Shown: positions 1-9,616 of the stretch, piece by piece
Numbering within the stretch: position 1 is the stretch's first letter
Layout: each line of letters opens with the position of its first letter
From: Bacteroidaceae bacterium
GTDB taxonomy: Bacteria > Bacteroidota > Bacteroidia > Bacteroidales > Barnesiellaceae_A
Direction of reading: 5' to 3'
Assembly (NCBI GenBank): GCA_017561285.1
Contig: JAFZDG010000314.1
Span: 1 to 30,306, forward strand
DNA length: 30,306 nt
Notes under the pieces: model-generated
Seen by the model: only the letters and a program-made list of their open reading frames with translations
Database searches by the model: none
Told to the model about the DNA's origin: nothing
Made by a program: the position numbers and the translations under genes

Positions 1-1
1 G

Positions 2-196
2 GTGCGACCGGGAGGATTTATCCTTGCCGACAACACCCTTTGGGATGGAAAAGTTGTCACAGAGCCCGATAGCAACGATGCACAGACGGTGGGTATAAAA
101 ACCTTCAACGACTTTATCACCACCGACACCCGCGTAGAGAAAGTTATATTACCGCTACGTGACGGACTCACAATTTTATGGAAAAAACCCCTATAA
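2..196 (+). CDS. C-terminal fragment of a class I SAM-dependent O-methyltransferase (caffeoyl-CoA OMT-like); 5' end lies outside the window
   Basis: RPGGFILADNTLWDG...FNDFI..DTRVEKVILPLRDGLT matches the C-terminus of Methyltransf_3-type enzymes. The ORF starts at the window edge (GTG is not a true start). Confidence 0.85.
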   Translation: MRPGGFILADNTLWDGKVVTEPDSNDAQTVGIKTFNDFITTDTRVEKVILPLRDGLTILWKKPL

Positions 197-262
197 CACT
201 TGCCTTATAAACAGGAATTGTGTTATTTTGCACAACTTAAAAAAACAGCTTAAATAAAATTT

Positions 263-598
263 ATGGAAACAACAAGACAGAATAAGATATGCCGCTTACT
301 ACAAAAAGAGTTGAGCGAAATATTTCTAAACGAAACACGCAAAATGCCCAGAACACTCGTTTCGGTAAGCATCGTGCGCATCAGCCCCGATTTGAGCATT
401 GCCAAAGCATACTTGAGCATATTCCCCTCGGAAAAGGCACAAGAAACCATCGAAGCCGTCAATGCCTCTTCGCGTGAGATAAGATACCAATTGGCTCAAC
501 GTGTGCGTTTTCAATTGCGCAAAATGCCCGAATTGCATTTCTATCTCGACGACTCACTCGACTACATCGAGAACATTGACAACCTACTCAAGAAATAA
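263..598 (+). CDS. rbfA: Ribosome-binding factor A
   Basis: METTRQNKI.RLLQKELSEIF, VRISPDLSIAKAYLSIFP and LRKMPELHFYLDDSLDY are typical of Bacteroidetes RbfA; 111 aa. Confidence 0.97.
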   Translation: METTRQNKICRLLQKELSEIFLNETRKMPRTLVSVSIVRISPDLSIAKAYLSIFPSEKAQETIEAVNASSREIRYQLAQRVRFQLRKMPELHFYLDDSLDYIENIDNLLKK

Positions 599-610
599 CA
601 GCACCACAAG

Positions 611-1882
611 ATGCGTCTCGCACTCCGCATAGCCTCGCGTTACCTCTTATCCAAGAAGTCACACTCGGCCATCAATATCATATCGATAATATCGGTGTGC
701 GGAGTAGCGATTATCACCGCCGCACTTATTTGTACGCTATCTGTTTACAACGGATTTTCGCAACTCATTGGTTCCCTGCTATCCGACATACAGCCCGAGA
801 TAAAGATACTCCCAGCTTCGGGAAAAACCATAGATGGCACACTCGAGGTTTGGGACGAAATAGCAGCCTGGGATAATGTTGCGTATATCACACCCGTTAT
901 AGAAGAGACGGCATTGGCCGTTTACGACCGCCAACAGCCGGTTACGGTCAAAGGCATACCCGACTCGTATAATCAAGGCATTCCCCTCATCAAGACCATC
1001 ATAACAGGCGACTTTACCTTGCAAAGCGATGCCACGCAACACGAGATAGCGATGACATCTGAAGGTTTCAAGCTTCGTGACGAAATAACCTCTTATGCCA
1101 TTATGGGAGCCGGTGTTGCAATGCACATAGAGGCCGGAGCCAACTACTCTCGCCCCATTGAATTATACGCCCCTCGGCGATATGGCAGAGTCAATTTAGC
1201 CAATCCGTCAAACTCATTTGTGTCGCAACGATTTTATGTGTCGTCGGTCTTCTTCACCAATCAGGCACAATATGACGACAACCTTGTCTATATCCCCCTC
1301 GAAGATGCTCGCACCCTATTCGACTATCCTACCGAGGCTTCGGCCTACGAGATATGCACAGCACACAGCACCTCGGCTCAGCAACTCATAAAACGGCTTC
1401 AAAAACGTCTTGGAGACGAATACATCATTCAAGATCGCCTGATGCAAAACGGAGAGTCGTTTCGTTGGATACAAATCGAAAAGTGGATTACATTTCTCAT
1501 TCTCGCATTCATACTCCTCATTGCCACATTCAACATCGTAGGCTCATTGTCGATGCTCATTGTCGACAAACAAGACGATATTGCCACCTTGCGCAAATTG
1601 GGAGCCAACGACAACCTCATCACCAATATCTTTATGGCCGAAGGTTGGCTTATCACAATGTCGGGAGCATTGTCGGGACTACTCATCGGAGTGATACTTT
1701 GTTGGGTACAACAAGAATTTGGCCTGCTACAATTAGGCAATTCAGGCACATTTATCGTAGATGCCTATCCCGTACAATTGCAATGGAGCGATACAATCAT
1801 TGTTACGACCATCGTACTACTGTTGGGAGCTATCACAGCCGGATACACCGCACACATACTTCGCCGCAAATTGGGTGTATGA
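611..1882 (+). CDS. ABC transporter permease, LolC/LolE (FtsX/MacB-like) family, probable lipoprotein release
   Basis: N-terminal RYLLSKKSHSAINIISIISVCGV TM segment, large periplasmic domain, then three C-terminal TM helices with IATFNIVGSLSMLIVDKQDDIATLRKLGA and DAYPV motifs. Confidence 0.88.
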   Translation: MRLALRIASRYLLSKKSHSAINIISIISVCGVAIITAALICTLSVYNGFSQLIGSLLSDIQPEIKILPASGKTIDGTLEVWDEIAAWDNVAYITPVIEETALAVYDRQQPVTVKGIPDSYNQGIPLIKTIITGDFTLQSDATQHEIAMTSEGFKLRDEITSYAIMGAGVAMHIEAGANYSRPIELYAPRRYGRVNLANPSNSFVSQRFYVSSVFFTNQAQYDDNLVYIPLEDARTLFDYPTEASAYEICTAHSTSAQQLIKRLQKRLGDEYIIQDRLMQNGESFRWIQIEKWITFLILAFILLIATFNIVGSLSMLIVDKQDDIATLRKLGANDNLITNIFMAEGWLITMSGALSGLLIGVILCWVQQEFGLLQLGNSGTFIVDAYPVQLQWSDTIIVTTIVLLLGAITAGYTAHILRRKLGV

Positions 1883-1981
1883 TTATGCATTGAGCAATTC
1901 GACTCGCAAACATTAGCTATAATAAATGCGAAAAAACAAAAAAAATCATCGGTTTTCTATGGTTTAAGTAAAAATATTCCG

Positions 1982-1989
1982 TACATTTG
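1982..1989 (+). promoter_or_regulatory. Bacteroidetes sigma-A -7 element (TACATTTG) for the lplA-gcv operon
   Basis: Exact TAnnTTTG match about 100 nt upstream of the lplA ATG; no clean TTTG -33 box seen. Confidence 0.55.
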
Positions 1990-2089
1990 TAGAATGTAGA
2001 ATATATCGTGTAGAGTAAGAAGAAATATAACGAACAACGCATCTTCTATTTACACTTTATCATATTCTTAAATGTTAACCTTGTAACCG

Positions 2090-3073
2090 ATGAAGCATAT
2101 CATACTACCCGACAACAGCCCTCGCAGGCTCGTCTTCTATCTTGCGATGGAAGAGTATGTTGCACGCTGTATCGATGAAAAAGAGTGCTTCTTCTTGTGG
2201 CAAGTAAGCCCCACTGTTATTTTTGGTCGCAACCAAGTTCTCGAAACCGAGGTAAACCTCCCCTATTGCCAACAACACAACATTGCTATTTTTCGCCGTA
2301 AAAGCGGAGGTGGCTGTGTATATTCCGATGCCGGAAATATTATGTTATCTTATATCAAAGATGGCGACTCGGTAGGATTCGTTTTCGACACTTATATGCG
2401 CCGCATAGCATTTGCCTTGCAAAAGGCCGGCATAAATGCCCAAGTATCGGGACGCAACGACATCTTGGTTGATGGTCGCAAGGTTTCGGGCAACGCCTTC
2501 TACCAATTGCCGGGACGTAGCATTGTTCATGGCACAATGTTGTTTGACACCAACTTCGACCATCTTGAAAATGCCATCACACCGTCAAACAAGAAGCTAC
2601 AAAGCAAAGGTGTTGCATCGGCCCGCCAACGTGTAACCAATCTCCGAGAACACATATCGATGGATATTGAAGAGTTTAAACAATACCTTATCGACACAAT
2701 GTGCGACAGCAAACGCATTCTCACCCAAGAAGAGGTAGCTGCCATTGAAGAGATTGAGCGTACTTATCTCGATGAGGATTTCATCTACGGGCGCAATGCA
2801 CGATACAGCTTCAGCAGCGGTATGCAACACTGCAATGCCGGTGAATTGTGTGTGCAGATGAAACTGCAACACAACCACATAGAACACATAGAACTACAAG
2901 GCGACTTCTTTATCCTGAACGATTATACCGAAGTCCTGAACACGCTGTTGAAAGGCAAAACTTTTGAGCGCAAAGCCATTGAAGAGGCATTGTGTAACAT
3001 CGACCTGTCGACATACATCAAAGGCCTTACAACCGGCGAATTAATAGAAATTATATTTACAGAAACCAATTAA
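2090..3073 (+). CDS. lplA: Lipoate-protein ligase A
   Basis: IFGRNQ, RRKSGGGCVYSD, NDILVDGRKVSGNA and HGTMLFD motifs; C-terminal LplA domain (IELQGDFF); heads the gcv operon. Confidence 0.93.
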   Translation: MKHIILPDNSPRRLVFYLAMEEYVARCIDEKECFFLWQVSPTVIFGRNQVLETEVNLPYCQQHNIAIFRRKSGGGCVYSDAGNIMLSYIKDGDSVGFVFDTYMRRIAFALQKAGINAQVSGRNDILVDGRKVSGNAFYQLPGRSIVHGTMLFDTNFDHLENAITPSNKKLQSKGVASARQRVTNLREHISMDIEEFKQYLIDTMCDSKRILTQEEVAAIEEIERTYLDEDFIYGRNARYSFSSGMQHCNAGELCVQMKLQHNHIEHIELQGDFFILNDYTEVLNTLLKGKTFERKAIEEALCNIDLSTYIKGLTTGELIEIIFTETN

Positions 3074-3086
3074 TATTAAAAACCTT

Positions 3087-4187
3087 ATGGACAATCTATT
3101 GAAAACCTGTCTTTATGACAAGCACGTGGCTCTAAAAGCACAAATGAGCCCCTTTGCAGGCTATATGATGCCTATCCAATACACATCTATCGTTGAAGAG
3201 CACCAAGCTGTGCGCAACAACGTAGGTATGTTTGACGTATCGCATATGGGCGAAATTTACGTATCGGGTCCCGATGCCGAAAAATTCGTCAACTATATTT
3301 TCTCTAACCAAGTTGCCGATATGCCCGTTGGCAAGGTACTCTATGGTTTTATGCTCTATCCTACAGGCGGTGTCGTTGACGACTTGCTCGTATATCGTAT
3401 GCAAGCCCCCAACACATTCCTCCTTGTAGTCAACGCTTCGAATATTGCCAAAGACTATCAATGGGTATATGAACAAAGCCAAGGTTTTGATGTAAAAGTT
3501 GATAATGCATCGGACGAAGTGGCTCAAATTGCTCTTCAAGGCCCCAACGCCGAAAGCGTAGCTGTTAACCTATTGGGATTGCCCGTTGCCGACTTGGAGT
3601 TCTACACTTTCAAAGAGTTGGAATACAACGGCCACTACCTCATTGCCAGCCGTACAGGTTATACCGGTGAAGATGGCTTTGAATTGTATGCCGATCACGA
3701 AACCATCTTGGCCTTGTGGGATAAACTCTACGATGAAGGCAAAGTAGCAGCTTGTGGTCTTGGTTGCCGCGACACATTGCGCTTCGAAGCCGGTTTGCCC
3801 CTCTATGGTCACGAAATTGACGTTGACATCACTCCCGTTGAAGCCGGTTTGAGTATGTTTGTCAAACTCGACAAAGAAAACGACTTCTTGGGTAAAGAGG
3901 CTTGCGCTCGTCAAAAAGCCGAAGGCGTAACTCGCAAATCGGTAGGTATCGAACTTCACGACAAAGCAATTCCTCGCGCAGAGTACGAGGTAGAAGTTGA
4001 TGGCAAAGTAGTAGGTCGTGTAACAACCGGCTATCGTTCTATCTCTACCGACAAGAGTGTATGTGTTGCCCTTGTTGACAAAGAGTATGCTGCAATGGGT
4101 AGCGAAGTAGAAGTACGCATCCGCAAGAAAACTTTCAAAGGCACTATCTGCAAACGTCGTTTCTACGAAGCAAAATACAAAAAATAA
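3087..4187 (+). CDS. gcvT: Glycine cleavage system aminomethyltransferase (T protein)
   Basis: MPIQY.SI.EEH.AVR..VGMFDVSHMGE, SRTGYTGEDGFE and GLGCRDTLRFEAGLPLYGHE motifs. Confidence 0.97.
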   Translation: MDNLLKTCLYDKHVALKAQMSPFAGYMMPIQYTSIVEEHQAVRNNVGMFDVSHMGEIYVSGPDAEKFVNYIFSNQVADMPVGKVLYGFMLYPTGGVVDDLLVYRMQAPNTFLLVVNASNIAKDYQWVYEQSQGFDVKVDNASDEVAQIALQGPNAESVAVNLLGLPVADLEFYTFKELEYNGHYLIASRTGYTGEDGFELYADHETILALWDKLYDEGKVAACGLGCRDTLRFEAGLPLYGHEIDVDITPVEAGLSMFVKLDKENDFLGKEACARQKAEGVTRKSVGIELHDKAIPRAEYEVEVDGKVVGRVTTGYRSISTDKSVCVALVDKEYAAMGSEVEVRIRKKTFKGTICKRRFYEAKYKK

Positions 4188-4238
4188 ATCTATACAAAAC
4201 CAATAAAAATTATCTAACCTTTAAAAAACAAAAATATT

Positions 4239-4625
4239 ATGAGCACAGTATTGAATGGTCTGTATTACAGCGAATCACACGAATGGGTAAAAGTTGAAGG
4301 CAATATCGCTATCGTAGGTATCACCGATTATGCACAACATGCATTGGGTAGCATCGTATATGTAGATATGCCCGAGGTTGATGACGAAGTAGCTAAAGAA
4401 GAAGACTTTGGTGCAGTAGAGAGCACAAAAGCTGCCAGCGACCTCATCTCACCCGTAAGCGGTACTGTTGTTGAGATAAACGAAGCCCTCGAAGATAATC
4501 CCGAACTTATCAACGAGAATGCTTTTGAGAACTGGATTATGAAGGTGGAAATGAGCGATGCAGCCGAGCTCGAAGGCTTGATGGATGCAGCTGCTTATGA
4601 GGCTTTCTGCGCTAACGAACACTAA
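4239..4625 (+). CDS. gcvH: Glycine cleavage system H protein (lipoyl carrier)
   Basis: YSESHEWV, VGITDYAQHALGSIVYV and VESTKAASDL (lipoyl-Lys), SPVSGTVVEINEAL. Confidence 0.97.
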   Translation: MSTVLNGLYYSESHEWVKVEGNIAIVGITDYAQHALGSIVYVDMPEVDDEVAKEEDFGAVESTKAASDLISPVSGTVVEINEALEDNPELINENAFENWIMKVEMSDAAELEGLMDAAAYEAFCANEH

Positions 4626-4638
4626 TCCTACAACGATT

Positions 4639-5967
4639 ATGAGTTTTTCTTATTTTCCCCATACCGAGGAAGATATACAAGCTATGTTGGCACGTATCGG
4701 CATGAAGTCGCTCGACGACCTTTATGCCGATATACCCAAAGAGGTATTTTTCTCGGACGACAAAGAGTATGACCTCCCCTCAGCTCACAGCGAAGAGGAA
4801 ATACGTCGTCGTTTTGCCGAGTTGGAGAGCCGCAACCGCAACCTCGTTGTATTTGCCGGTGCCGGTGCTTACGACCACTACTCACCCTCGGTAGTTCCCT
4901 ATTTGTTGCAACGTTCTGAGTTTATCACAGCCTATACCCCCTACCAAGCCGAAATTTCGCAAGGTACATTGCGCTACATCTTTGAGTTCCAAAGTATGAT
5001 AGCCTCACTTACCGGTATGGATTGCAGCAACGCATCGATGTACGATGGCCCCACAGCTGCTGCCGAGGCTGTTATGATGGCCCTTGCTTCTACTCGCAAG
5101 AAAACTCGTGTATTGGTTGCCGCCACATTGCCCGAGAACGTGCGCCGCGTTATTGAAACATACGCCAAATATCGTGGCATCAACATCACAACCGTAGCCC
5201 ACGCCGATGGTGCAACATCACTCGATGCCGTTAAGGCCGAACTTGCAGCAGGCGATGTAGCAGGCTTGTTGGTTCCCGCCATCAATAAATATGGTATCAT
5301 AGAAGACTTTACAGGCTTTGCCGATGCTATGCACGAGCAAAAGGCTCTCTTTATGGTATATGCCGATCCTTCGGCTCTTGCCGTAGTGAAAACACCCGGT
5401 GAATGGGGTGCCGATATTGCTTGCGGTGATGGTCAGACATTGGGTATGCCTATGAACTATGGTGGTCCCTATGTAGGTTTCTTGGCTTGCAAGAAAGAAC
5501 ACGTACGCAAATTGCCCGGACGCGTGGTAGGTGCTACCCGCGATGTCGATGGCAAACGCGCATTTGTACTCACACTGCAAGCTCGCGAGCAACACATACG
5601 CCGCGAAAAAGCTACCAGCAACATCTGCTCGAACCAATCACTGATGGCTCTTTATGTAACCATTTATCTCGCTTTGATGGGCCCCAAAGGTCTGAAAGAG
5701 GTAAACGAAATGAGCTATGGTGGTGCACACGAGTTGTACAACCGCCTCCTCGCCACAGGTAAGTTCACTCCCGTATTTGACAAACCTTTCTTGAAAGAGT
5801 TTGTTCTCAACACAACCTTGCCCGTAGCTCAATTGCAAGAGGCTTTGCTCCGCGAAGGTATCTTTGGCGCATTGCAAACAGAAGAAGGTTATGTATCGTT
5901 CTGTGTAACAGAGCGTCGCACTACCGAAGAAATAGATCGTTTAATTAATGTCATAAATACACTGTAA
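4639..5967 (+). CDS. gcvPA: Glycine dehydrogenase (decarboxylating) subunit 1 (P protein alpha)
   Basis: FAGAGAYDH, EFITAYTPYQAEISQG and LQAREQHIRREKATSNICSNQ motifs. Start placed at ATG 4639 (MSFSYFPHT), 13 nt after the gcvH stop, instead of the track's 4585, which overlaps gcvH. Confidence 0.95.
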   Translation: MSFSYFPHTEEDIQAMLARIGMKSLDDLYADIPKEVFFSDDKEYDLPSAHSEEEIRRRFAELESRNRNLVVFAGAGAYDHYSPSVVPYLLQRSEFITAYTPYQAEISQGTLRYIFEFQSMIASLTGMDCSNASMYDGPTAAAEAVMMALASTRKKTRVLVAATLPENVRRVIETYAKYRGINITTVAHADGATSLDAVKAELAAGDVAGLLVPAINKYGIIEDFTGFADAMHEQKALFMVYADPSALAVVKTPGEWGADIACGDGQTLGMPMNYGGPYVGFLACKKEHVRKLPGRVVGATRDVDGKRAFVLTLQAREQHIRREKATSNICSNQSLMALYVTIYLALMGPKGLKEVNEMSYGGAHELYNRLLATGKFTPVFDKPFLKEFVLNTTLPVAQLQEALLREGIFGALQTEEGYVSFCVTERRTTEEIDRLINVINTL

Positions 5968-5970
5968 GCC

Positions 5971-7437
5971 ATGAAATACTACGATAGATTAGTTTTCGAA
6001 TTATCGAAAGAGGGACGTACAGGTTACTCACTCCCCCGCAACCCATGGACACAGCACACTTGTGACATTCCTGAGGGTTTGCGTCGTACAACCGACACAG
6101 GTCTGCCCCAAGTAGATGAATTGGGTGTTGTACGCCACTACACCAACTTGTCAAATATGAACTTTGGCGTGGATACAGGTTTCTACCCATTGGGTAGCTG
6201 TACCATGAAATACAATCCCAAAATCAACGATGAGATGGCCGGTCTCAACGGCTTCAAAAATCTTCACCCGTTGCAACCCATCGAGACTACTCAAGGTGCC
6301 CTTGAGCTTTACTACGAGTTGAATCGTTCGCTTGCCACCATTACCGGTATGGCCGAGTGTACACTCAACCCCTTTGCCGGAGCTCATGGCGAGTTGACAG
6401 GCTTGATGATTATGCGTCAATATCACCTCTTGCGAGGCGATGTAAAACGCACCAAAGTAATCGTACCCGATAGCGCACACGGTACCAACCCCGCAAGTGC
6501 CGCTGTATGCGGTTTGGACGTTGTAGAGGTTAAATCGCGCCCCGATGGTACAATCGACATCGAGTCATTGCGTTCGGTTCTCGATGATACCATTGCCGGT
6601 ATTATGATGACCAACCCCAACACATTGGGCTTGTTTGAGACTCGTATTCTCGAGATAGCACAAATGGTACACGACTGTGGTGGTTTGCTCTACTACGATG
6701 GAGCCAATATGAACCCCTTGTTGGGCCGTTGCCGTCCCGGTGATATGGGCTTTGATATTCTCCACCTCAACTTGCACAAAACCTTCTCGACACCTCACGG
6801 TGGCGGTGGTCCCGGTTCGGGTGCTGTAGGTGTTGCTGCACACCTCACCGAGTACTTACCCAGTCCTCGCGTTATTCGCAACGAAGAGGGACGCTACGAA
6901 ATCTACAAAGGCCCTGAGGCTATCGGTCAGATTTCGGGCTTCTTGGGCAACTATGGCGTATTGCAACGTGCATACACCTATGTACTCTCATTGGGTAAAG
7001 AGAATATCCGCTATGCAGGTCCTTTGGCTACACTCAACGCCAACTACATCAAGGAGGAGTTGAAAGGCGATTACAAATTGCCTATCGACACATTGTGCAA
7101 GCACGAGTTTGTTTTTGACGGATTGGCCGATACATCTACAGGTGTAACAACCCTCGATATAGCCAAACGACTACTCGACTACGGCTACCACGCACCCACC
7201 ATCTACTTCCCCTTGTTGTTCCACCAATCAATTATGATAGAACCTACCGAGACAGAGTCTCTCGAGACTATTACCGAGTTTGTTACTATCATGAAGAAGA
7301 TTGCAGAGGAGGCTCGTACAATGCCCGAAGAGTTGAAGACAGCACCCCACACCACACCGGTGCGCCGTCTTGACGAAACAACTGCGGCAAAGAACCCCAT
7401 CCTCACTTACACCGAGTTGAAAAACCAAGCCGAATAA
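5971..7437 (+). CDS. gcvPB: Glycine dehydrogenase (decarboxylating) subunit 2 (P protein beta)
   Basis: FYPLGSCTMKYNPK, PDSAHGTNPASA, HLNLHKTFSTPHGGGGPG (PLP-Lys) and MIEPTETES motifs. Confidence 0.96.
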   Translation: MKYYDRLVFELSKEGRTGYSLPRNPWTQHTCDIPEGLRRTTDTGLPQVDELGVVRHYTNLSNMNFGVDTGFYPLGSCTMKYNPKINDEMAGLNGFKNLHPLQPIETTQGALELYYELNRSLATITGMAECTLNPFAGAHGELTGLMIMRQYHLLRGDVKRTKVIVPDSAHGTNPASAAVCGLDVVEVKSRPDGTIDIESLRSVLDDTIAGIMMTNPNTLGLFETRILEIAQMVHDCGGLLYYDGANMNPLLGRCRPGDMGFDILHLNLHKTFSTPHGGGGPGSGAVGVAAHLTEYLPSPRVIRNEEGRYEIYKGPEAIGQISGFLGNYGVLQRAYTYVLSLGKENIRYAGPLATLNANYIKEELKGDYKLPIDTLCKHEFVFDGLADTSTGVTTLDIAKRLLDYGYHAPTIYFPLLFHQSIMIEPTETESLETITEFVTIMKKIAEEARTMPEELKTAPHTTPVRRLDETTAAKNPILTYTELKNQAE

Positions 7438-7441
7438 TCGT

Positions 7442-8791
7442 ATGCACACACCTCTTATTATAATAGGAGCCGGCCCCGGTGGTTACGAAACCGCTGTGCT
7501 GGCAGCTCAAAGAGGCATAGAAGTTGTTCTTATTGAGGCAAGTGCCATTGGCGGCACCTGCCTCAATGAGGGCTGTATTCCCACCAAGTCGTTCTGCAAG
7601 AACGCACAAGTCATCAACGACCTCAAAGAGGCCGAGCTTTATGGCATTGAGAATGTAAGCTACAACTTCAATTTTGCCGCTGTGACCGAGCGCAAAAACA
7701 ATATCGTGGCACAGCTCAAACAAGGTGTTGCCACCCTATTGAGCAACAAACTTATACACCTTGTTGAGGGTAAAGCCCAATTTGTAGATGCTCACACCGT
7801 AGAGGTAAACGGCGAACAATACAGCGCCGACAACATTATCATCGCAACCGGCTCGGTAAGTAAATTCTTACCCATCGAGGGCGCACACCTTCCCGGTGTT
7901 CTCACATCGAAAGAGATGCTCGAACTCACCGAGATACCTCGCCGCCTTTGTGTGATTGGTGCCGGTGTTATCGGATTGGAGTTTGCCTCTATCTTCAACA
8001 GTTTCGGCAGCGAAGTTACTGTTGTGGAATTTTGCAAAGAGGTACTTCCCCGCTTTGACACCGATATTGCCAAACGCCTCAAACAAAGCTTGTCGAAACG
8101 CGGTATCGAAATACTCACCCAAACAGGTGTTACCGCCATCAAACAAGAGGGCGAAGAGATGCAAGTTTCGTACTCTCGCAAAGGAAAAGAGGAGAGCATA
8201 ACAGTCGACCGCGTATTGATGGCTGTAGGTCGTCGTGCCAATACCGACTCACTCAACCTTGCCGATGTAGGCATCGAATTTACTCCTGCCGGTATCAAGG
8301 TCAACGAGATGATGCAAACCAACATTCCGCACATCTACGCTATTGGCGATGTAACCGGAGGCATAATGCTTGCTCACGCAGCTACTTGGCATGGTATTCG
8401 TGCGCTCAATCACATATGTGGCAACGACAACGATGGTATTCGCCTCGATGTTATTCCGGCAGCCGTCTTCACCGTTCCCGAAGTTGCCACCGTTGGTCTT
8501 ACCGAAGATGAATGCAAAGACAAAGGTATTGCATACCGCTGTGGCAAAGCATTCTTCCGAGCCAATGGCAAGGCATTGTGTATGAACGAGCCTGACGGCC
8601 TATGCAAAGTCATAGCCGATGCCGAGGGCAAATTGTTGGGATGCCACCTCTATGGTCCCCACGCCGCCGACTTGGTACAAGAAGTGTGCGCACTGATTTC
8701 TACCGGTGCTACTGTTGACCAGCTCAAGCACATCATACACACCCATCCCACATTGGGCGAGGTGATACAAACTGCTGCTCACACAATGTAA
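7442..8791 (+). CDS. lpdA: Dihydrolipoamide dehydrogenase (L protein)
   Basis: IIGAGPGGY FAD-binding motif, GGTCLNEGCIPTK redox disulfide, VIGAGVIGLE NAD-binding motif, C-terminal HPTLGE. Confidence 0.96.
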   Translation: MHTPLIIIGAGPGGYETAVLAAQRGIEVVLIEASAIGGTCLNEGCIPTKSFCKNAQVINDLKEAELYGIENVSYNFNFAAVTERKNNIVAQLKQGVATLLSNKLIHLVEGKAQFVDAHTVEVNGEQYSADNIIIATGSVSKFLPIEGAHLPGVLTSKEMLELTEIPRRLCVIGAGVIGLEFASIFNSFGSEVTVVEFCKEVLPRFDTDIAKRLKQSLSKRGIEILTQTGVTAIKQEGEEMQVSYSRKGKEESITVDRVLMAVGRRANTDSLNLADVGIEFTPAGIKVNEMMQTNIPHIYAIGDVTGGIMLAHAATWHGIRALNHICGNDNDGIRLDVIPAAVFTVPEVATVGLTEDECKDKGIAYRCGKAFFRANGKALCMNEPDGLCKVIADAEGKLLGCHLYGPHAADLVQEVCALISTGATVDQLKHIIHTHPTLGEVIQTAAHTM

Positions 8792-8814
8792 TCACACTTT
8801 CTTGCAGAAAGAAT

Positions 8815-8850
8815 AATGAGGTTGTTGACACTGACAGCCTCATTTTTTTT
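8815..8850 (+). terminator. Intrinsic terminator of the gcv operon
   Basis: AATGAGGTTGTT / GACAGCCTCATT 12-bp stem with two G-U pairs and a 6-nt loop, followed by a T run. Confidence 0.85.
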
Positions 8851-8951
8851 GCACCCACAATCGGCCTATCGCGACACTATCTGTACAAACAATCTTTCAT
8901 TGTCAATTGTTATAGTATGAGATTTTCACCTCATAATAAATAACTCGAACA

Positions 8952-9527
8952 ATGAAAAACATTCATGGAACCATCACCGAGCAGAATCTGTTAAAGGCTT
9001 TTGCCGGAGAGTCGCAAGCACGCAATCGCTACAATCTTTTTGCCGAAGTAGCCAAACAAGAAGGCTACGAACAAATTATGGGCATCTTTGCCGAGACAGC
9101 CGAGCAAGAGTATGCCCACGCCTCACGCTTTTTCAAGTTTCTCGATGGCGGTATGGTAACGATTACGGCCGAATATCCGGCAGGACGCATAGGAACAACC
9201 ACCGAAAACCTGCTCGAAGCCGCCGAGGGCGAGAAGTTGGAATGGAGTACACTCTACTACGACTTTGAACAAACTGCTATTGATGAAGGATTTAAAGACG
9301 TGGCTGCCGCCTTCAAGAAAATTGCCGAGGTCGAATCTTTCCACGAATGGCGTTATCGCCGCATGCTGCAACGACTCGAAGAGGGCACAATGTTTATGCG
9401 CGATGAAGCCATCGTTTGGCAATGTCGCAACTGCGGCTACATACACGAAGATGTAAAACCCCCTTTGGTATGCCCGGCGTGCCTCGTAGAGCGAGCCTAC
9501 TTTGAGCCGAAACGCAACAATTACTAA
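8952..9527 (+). CDS. rbr: Rubrerythrin
   Basis: NLLKAFAGESQARNRY, ETAEQEYAH, GEKLE and VESFHE di-iron ligands; C-terminal rubredoxin-like CRNC...CPAC. Confidence 0.95.
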   Translation: MKNIHGTITEQNLLKAFAGESQARNRYNLFAEVAKQEGYEQIMGIFAETAEQEYAHASRFFKFLDGGMVTITAEYPAGRIGTTTENLLEAAEGEKLEWSTLYYDFEQTAIDEGFKDVAAAFKKIAEVESFHEWRYRRMLQRLEEGTMFMRDEAIVWQCRNCGYIHEDVKPPLVCPACLVERAYFEPKRNNY

Positions 9528-9553
9528 ATATTATATAGTCCCGATTAAATAGA

Positions 9554-9583
9554 AATGGCCTACCGCGAAACCGGCAGGCCATT
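9554..9583. terminator. Terminator between convergent rbr and tnaA
   Basis: AATGGCCTACCG / CGGCAGGCCATT stem. The single mismatch is a G-U pair on the minus strand, so it fits tnaA best; it may be bidirectional. Confidence 0.75.
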
Positions 9584-9616
9584 CTATTGCGAAACTAAAA
9601 GTTATCTCTGTACCAA

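Noticed and set aside
1883-2089. Glycine riboswitch upstream of the gcv operon
   Set aside because: The region is AT-rich with no GGAGA/GAAGG aptamer cores or paired stems, and the predicted 5' UTR is only about 95 nt.
4585-4638. Longer gcvPA start overlapping gcvH
   Set aside because: The extension (MQLLMRLSALTNTNPTTI) is a frame shadow of the gcvH 3' end; homology starts at MSFSYFPHT.
9420-9527. Rubrerythrin C-terminus CPACLVERAYF lacking the usual xHP after the last Cys
   Set aside because: All four Cys and the di-iron ligands are intact, so the change is most likely neutral variation.
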